This document shows, in pieces, positions 51,969-55,827 of a stretch of 55,827 nucleotides of DNA (position 1 is the first letter of the stretch; each line of letters opens with the position of its first letter). Below the pieces are notes generated by a model that worked only from the letters and a program-made list of their open reading frames with translations, made no database searches and was not told where the DNA came from. Source of the stretch: Patescibacteria group bacterium (GTDB taxonomy: Bacteria; Patescibacteriota; Patescibacteriia; Patescibacteriales; UBA12465); the NCBI GenBank assembly GCA_027858435.1, contig JAQICS010000038.1, positions 1 through 55,827 of the forward strand, in the 5' to 3' direction. The translations under genes were made by a program, and so were the position numbers.

Positions 51969-53357
51969 TTATTTTTTTCTTTTTTTATTCTTTTCTTTTT
52001 TTATTTTTTTTGCTTTATTTTTATTAATTAAATAAATAATTGTTATCAATATTAAATAATAAATACAAATAAATAAAGGTGATATGTTTTCAAATTTAAG
52101 AACTAAATTTAATCCAGCTAAAGTTTCTGCGGTTTTGTAAATATAATCTAAACAAACATAACTTGGTAAATATAGAATATAAATTAAGGATGGAAATATA
52201 AAAGTTAGTAAAGTAGCAATTAATAAAAAGATGAAAAATAAGGGGAATATCCAGACAACTAAAATATTTGAAATTGGTGAAATTAAAGATATTTCTTTAA
52301 AATTTAAAGCAATAATTGGAGAACAAAATAGCTGAGCTGATATACTTATATTTAAAAATGACAATAAGGAGCTAATTAATTTTCTAAACGTTTTTATTTC
52401 TGCCTTTCTTATTATTCTATCTTTAAATCTTTCTAAAATTGGATAAATATATATTATTCCTAAAACTGCTAAAAATGATAATTGAAAACCAATATCATGA
52501 TGAAGGATAAGGGGGTTTACCACAATCATTAAAGCAGCTACAAAAACTAACAAATTAAAACTAATTTTTAATCGATTACTACTTAAAGCTAAAAGTGATA
52601 AGCTTCCCATAATAGAAGCTCTAATAGTTGATGCCGATAGACCAGTAAATATGGGATAAATAAATAAAAATAACAATATAATTTTATAAGAAATCTTTCT
52701 ATTTAAACCAATACTTAAGAAGAAGGATAAAATAATAGCCGTTAATATGCTAATATGTGTTCCAGAAATTGCTATTAAATGACTAAGACCGGTTTTAGAA
52801 AAAATTTCTTGAGTGTAATCTGAAATAGATTTTTTATAACCAAGAAGCATGGCATTTGCTAAACCAGAATGTGGCTCAGGAAGTCCAATATTTATAACAT
52901 TTCTTATTTTTTGTTTAAAAATAATTAGTTTTTTATAAGACTTATTTGCAAGACTTAGATTAAGCTCATCTAATTTACTTATTCTAGGGTAATACATTAC
53001 ATAACTAATTCCATAACGAAGTAAATAGGATTTATAATCAAAGCCAGAAAAGTTTTCTGGTTCAAGTAAATTTCCTTCAATTTTTATATAATCTCCATAA
53101 CTATATTTAGGATAAAGATTGGTAGTAATTAAAATCTTTTTATTTAAAACTAAAACAACTAATCTCTGTTTATCAATCCTCTCTTCTCTTTCTTTTACTA
53201 CCATTGCCTTAAATGACACTTCTTGACCAACTCTTTTTTCTAGTTCTTGATTTACTGACTCTTTATTAAAAGAATTAGAAGAAAAACCTTTTATAAAAAT
53301 AAAAGAGATTATCAAAAGGTTAATAATTAGAAATATTTTTGGTAATTTTTTATACAT
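51969..53357 (-). CDS. comEC: ComEC/Rec2-family membrane protein lacking the C-terminal metallo-beta-lactamase domain
   Basis: LANAMLLGYKKSIS...FSKTGLSHLIAISGTHISIL competence-domain signature. The N-terminal OB-like region is present. 462 aa, ending in a KK-rich tail. Confidence 0.8.
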   Translation of the reverse strand: MYKKLPKIFLIINLLIISFIFIKGFSSNSFNKESVNQELEKRVGQEVSFKAMVVKEREERIDKQRLVVLVLNKKILITTNLYPKYSYGDYIKIEGNLLEPENFSGFDYKSYLLRYGISYVMYYPRISKLDELNLSLANKSYKKLIIFKQKIRNVINIGLPEPHSGLANAMLLGYKKSISDYTQEIFSKTGLSHLIAISGTHISILTAIILSFFLSIGLNRKISYKIILLFLFIYPIFTGLSASTIRASIMGSLSLLALSSNRLKISFNLLVFVAALMIVVNPLILHHDIGFQLSFLAVLGIIYIYPILERFKDRIIRKAEIKTFRKLISSLLSFLNISISAQLFCSPIIALNFKEISLISPISNILVVWIFPLFFIFLLIATLLTFIFPSLIYILYLPSYVCLDYIYKTAETLAGLNLVLKFENISPLFICIYYLILITIIYLINKNKAKKIKKEKNKKRKK

Positions 53358-53360
53358 AAA

Positions 53361-53381
53361 AACACTGATATTGTCAGTGTT
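53361..53381 (-). terminator. hairpin after prfB, 3 nt upstream of the comEC ATG
   Basis: AACACTGA-caata-TCAGTGTT followed by TTTTAT on the minus strand. Confidence 0.35.
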
Positions 53382-53453
53382 AATTATATATGTTACATCT
53401 TAAAATTTACTTAAATTTTCTATTAAAATTCTAATCTAAAACACAATTTACCT

Positions 53454-54572
53454 TTAGTTATTTCTCTTATCTTTTCTTAAATACGCAGAAATAAATACTT
53501 CAATATCACCATCAAGAACAGAATCAACGTCAGTTTCTTCATGGTTAGTACGATGATCTTTTACTAATTTATTACCATATAGAAAATATGATCTAATCTG
53601 CTTTCCCCATTCCGCTTTTTGTACTTCTCCTCTTAATTCTGCTTCTTTTTCTTCCCTTTCCTCACTTAACTTACTAATCAACTTATTCTCAAGTAGTTTA
53701 AAGGCTTTTTCTTTATTCTGATGTTGTGACCTTTCGTTTTGACAAGCTGCTACGATACCAGTTGGTATATGAGTAATTCTAACCGCTGAGTCAGTTGTGT
53801 TAACACTTTGACCACCAGGGCCACTAGAGCGATATACATCAATCCTCAACTCCTCATCCTTAATGTTAATTTCTTTCTCTCCTTTAATCTCTGGTATTAC
53901 CTCAACTAAGGCAAAAGAGGTTTGTCTTAAACCATCGGAATTAAAAGGTGAATTTCTAAGTAATCTATGAACACCATTTTCACTTCTTAAATAGCCATAA
54001 GCACGCAATCCGCTTATTTTCATTTCCATGCTTTTTATTCCCGCCTCATTGCCGTAGGTAACATCTAATATTTCGGCTTTAAAATTCTTTTTCTCAGCAA
54101 AGCGTAAATACATTCTCATTAACATCTCCGCCCAATCTTGAGCATCAACACCACCAGTGCCAGCATGAATTGATAGAAAAACATTTTCCCTATCATGTTT
54201 ACCATCAAAAATGATTTCAAATTCAAGCTTGGCAATTTTTTTAGTTAACTCTTTATATTTCTTTTCAATATCCTTTTTTAAAGACGGCATTTTTTTATTC
54301 TCTTCATCTTCTTCTTTGTCAGCTAAGGCGGTTATTTCTGATAGGTCACGAATATCTTCGCCTAGCTTAAACCACATATCATTTTCTGTAGATAATTCTT
54401 CCGCTTCTTTGCTTAACTCAACTGCCTTCTCTTGGTCATCCCAAAAACCAGGCTCAGTCATTTTAATCTGAACCTCATTTAAACGACTAACCCGAGAATC
54501 AATATCAAGCATCTTTCGTAATTTAAGATATTTTTCTCTAAGATCTTCTATTTTTTTAAAACTTCCATCCAT
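53454..54572 (-). CDS. prfB: peptide chain release factor 2, encoded in a single frame with no +1 frameshift site
   Basis: SPF tripeptide (NSPFNS) and GGQ (SGPGGQSVNTTDSAVRITHIPTG). The 372-aa ORF is continuous. Confidence 0.9.
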   Translation of the reverse strand: MDGSFKKIEDLREKYLKLRKMLDIDSRVSRLNEVQIKMTEPGFWDDQEKAVELSKEAEELSTENDMWFKLGEDIRDLSEITALADKEEDEENKKMPSLKKDIEKKYKELTKKIAKLEFEIIFDGKHDRENVFLSIHAGTGGVDAQDWAEMLMRMYLRFAEKKNFKAEILDVTYGNEAGIKSMEMKISGLRAYGYLRSENGVHRLLRNSPFNSDGLRQTSFALVEVIPEIKGEKEINIKDEELRIDVYRSSGPGGQSVNTTDSAVRITHIPTGIVAACQNERSQHQNKEKAFKLLENKLISKLSEEREEKEAELRGEVQKAEWGKQIRSYFLYGNKLVKDHRTNHEETDVDSVLDGDIEVFISAYLRKDKRNN

Positions 54573-54574
54573 AG

Positions 54575-55780
54575 TTAAGATTTAATTTTCAGCCATGTTC
54601 TTTTGCCTACATTTAAAGTTAAAGCATCTTCTTTCAAACTAATTACTTCTTTTTCATCTTCCTTAATTTCACCATTTATTCTAACTGCTTTTTGAGATAT
54701 TAAACGCTTAATATCATTTCCACTTAAATTAGGGAGAGATTTTTTTAATATAGAAAATAGAGTATCCTCTGAAACTCCTAAACTTAATTCTTTTAAATCA
54801 TCTGGTGCTTCTTTTTTTTGTATTTTAGAAATAAAAGTTTCTTCGGCTTGTTGAGCTTTTTTTTCTCCATGAAAAATTGCAGTAATTTTCTTAGCAGTAA
54901 TCATCTTAGCATCACGAGGATTATTTTCCTTAATTATTTTATCTATTTCTTCAATACTTAAGCGAGTATTGTTGATTAAAAATACCCTAATCATCGCATC
55001 CGGTTGCGACATTATTCCTCCATACATATCTTCAGCTGAGAAATTAAGAAATATACCAGTTCCCCGGCTTTTAGACATCAGTTCTCCAGTTTCTGGGTTT
55101 TCCATAAGATTAACCGCTACTACAAATTTTTCTTTATTCTTTAATTTCTTAAGTAAAGTTCTACCAGCTAATGAGTTAAATATTTGATCAGTTCCACATA
55201 ACTCAATATCAACATCTAAAGCAACACTGTCATAGCCTTGCATGAGAGGGTATAGAAATTCATGAAGATAGATTGGTTTATTCTCGTCCATTCTTTTTTC
55301 AAACATATCACGCTCAAGCATTTGCTGGACGGTAAAATTTGAAGCAAGATTGACTACTTCTTCCATAGTTAATTTAGACAACCAGTCATGGTTATAAACA
55401 ATTTTAGGGGGATTTTCTTTTGCTTCAAAATCCATTAAAGGCTTAATTTGTTCTAACCAACTTTTAACATTAGCATTAACATCTTCGCGGCTAAGTTGAT
55501 TTCTAGCAGTTGATTTTTCAGTAGGATCACCAATACGAGCAGTAAAGTCACCAATTAAAACATAAACTTCATGTCCAAGTTTTCTAAACTCTTCTAAAAC
55601 CATATAGTTTTTAGCATGACTTAAATGCAAAGACCCTGAAGTTGGATCTACTCCAATATATATCTTTAATTTTTCACCACTTCGGAGTTTTTTTTCAAAT
55701 TCTTCTTTAGTGGGCAAAATATTAACAATTACTCCTCTGTTTAACAAACTATCAATAATCTCTTCTTTATTATTTTCCAT
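54575..55780 (-). CDS. tyrS: tyrosine--tRNA ligase
   Basis: GVDPTSGSLHLSH (HIGH-like), LMSKSRG (KMSKS), and a C-terminal S4-like domain (ISQKAVRINGE). Confidence 0.85.
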   Translation of the reverse strand: MENNKEEIIDSLLNRGVIVNILPTKEEFEKKLRSGEKLKIYIGVDPTSGSLHLSHAKNYMVLEEFRKLGHEVYVLIGDFTARIGDPTEKSTARNQLSREDVNANVKSWLEQIKPLMDFEAKENPPKIVYNHDWLSKLTMEEVVNLASNFTVQQMLERDMFEKRMDENKPIYLHEFLYPLMQGYDSVALDVDIELCGTDQIFNSLAGRTLLKKLKNKEKFVVAVNLMENPETGELMSKSRGTGIFLNFSAEDMYGGIMSQPDAMIRVFLINNTRLSIEEIDKIIKENNPRDAKMITAKKITAIFHGEKKAQQAEETFISKIQKKEAPDDLKELSLGVSEDTLFSILKKSLPNLSGNDIKRLISQKAVRINGEIKEDEKEVISLKEDALTLNVGKRTWLKIKS

Positions 55781-55827
55781 AAAATTAATTATTATCTCTA
55801 TTTAACATAACCTCATTATACTAAAGG

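Noticed and set aside
53454-54572. Programmed +1 frameshift site in prfB and possible UGA recoding (genetic code 25/4)
   Set aside because: The RF2 ORF is continuous from the ATG and carries SPF and GGQ motifs. TGA terminates ORFs here, for example the ImmA gene at 7998-8000. No conserved gene is interrupted by an in-frame TGA.

Overview
AT-rich bacterial chromosome segment of 55.8 kb with about 60 genes, nearly all on the minus strand. The core is housekeeping. It holds a complete str/S10/spc ribosomal supercluster (rpsL-rpsG-fusA-[orphan]-tuf-rpsJ-rplC...rplO-secY), plus tyrS, prfB, comEC, rpmB, map, ruvX, recO, aspS, asnS, scpAB, a D-Ala-D-Ala carboxypeptidase, dnaG, rpoD, hisS, xseAB, rnhB and sod. 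No rpmD (L30) lies between rpsE and rplO, and no adk lies after secY. Many ribosomal proteins and sigma-70 carry Lys/Glu-rich tails. ComEC lacks the metallo-beta-lactamase domain. There is also a 2011-aa surface protein. Together these fit a Patescibacteria/CPR (Parcubacteria-like) genome using the standard code, since RF2 is present and TGA is used as a stop. I found no rRNA, tRNA, CRISPR array, transposase or integrase. The most interesting part is a roughly 4.2-kb accessory hotspot between xseA and hisS (about 7.34-11.6 kb). It contains an ImmA/IrrE-metallopeptidase plus DUF4411 (PIN-like) pair, whose likely ancestral ATG is put out of frame by an A8 run. It also contains an intact RhuM-family gene, a decayed second RhuM copy, a decayed MazF/PemK remnant and a 5 x 12-bp tandem repeat. 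Two plus-strand cassettes (extended -10 promoter, structured ~80-100 nt transcript, intrinsic terminator) are each preceded by the same 33-bp element (32/33 identical). Other points of interest are the giant surface protein (2 uncharacterised modules, TSP3-like Ca motifs, 12 Kelch blades, about 30 x 26-residue repeats) and a secreted transglutaminase-like protein sharing its N-terminal module. Two plus-strand orphan cassettes appear GC-richer and have TTGACA -35 boxes (one with a full consensus -10), and small orphan ORFs sit inside otherwise conserved operons. All functional calls come from motif recognition by eye; no database search was run.
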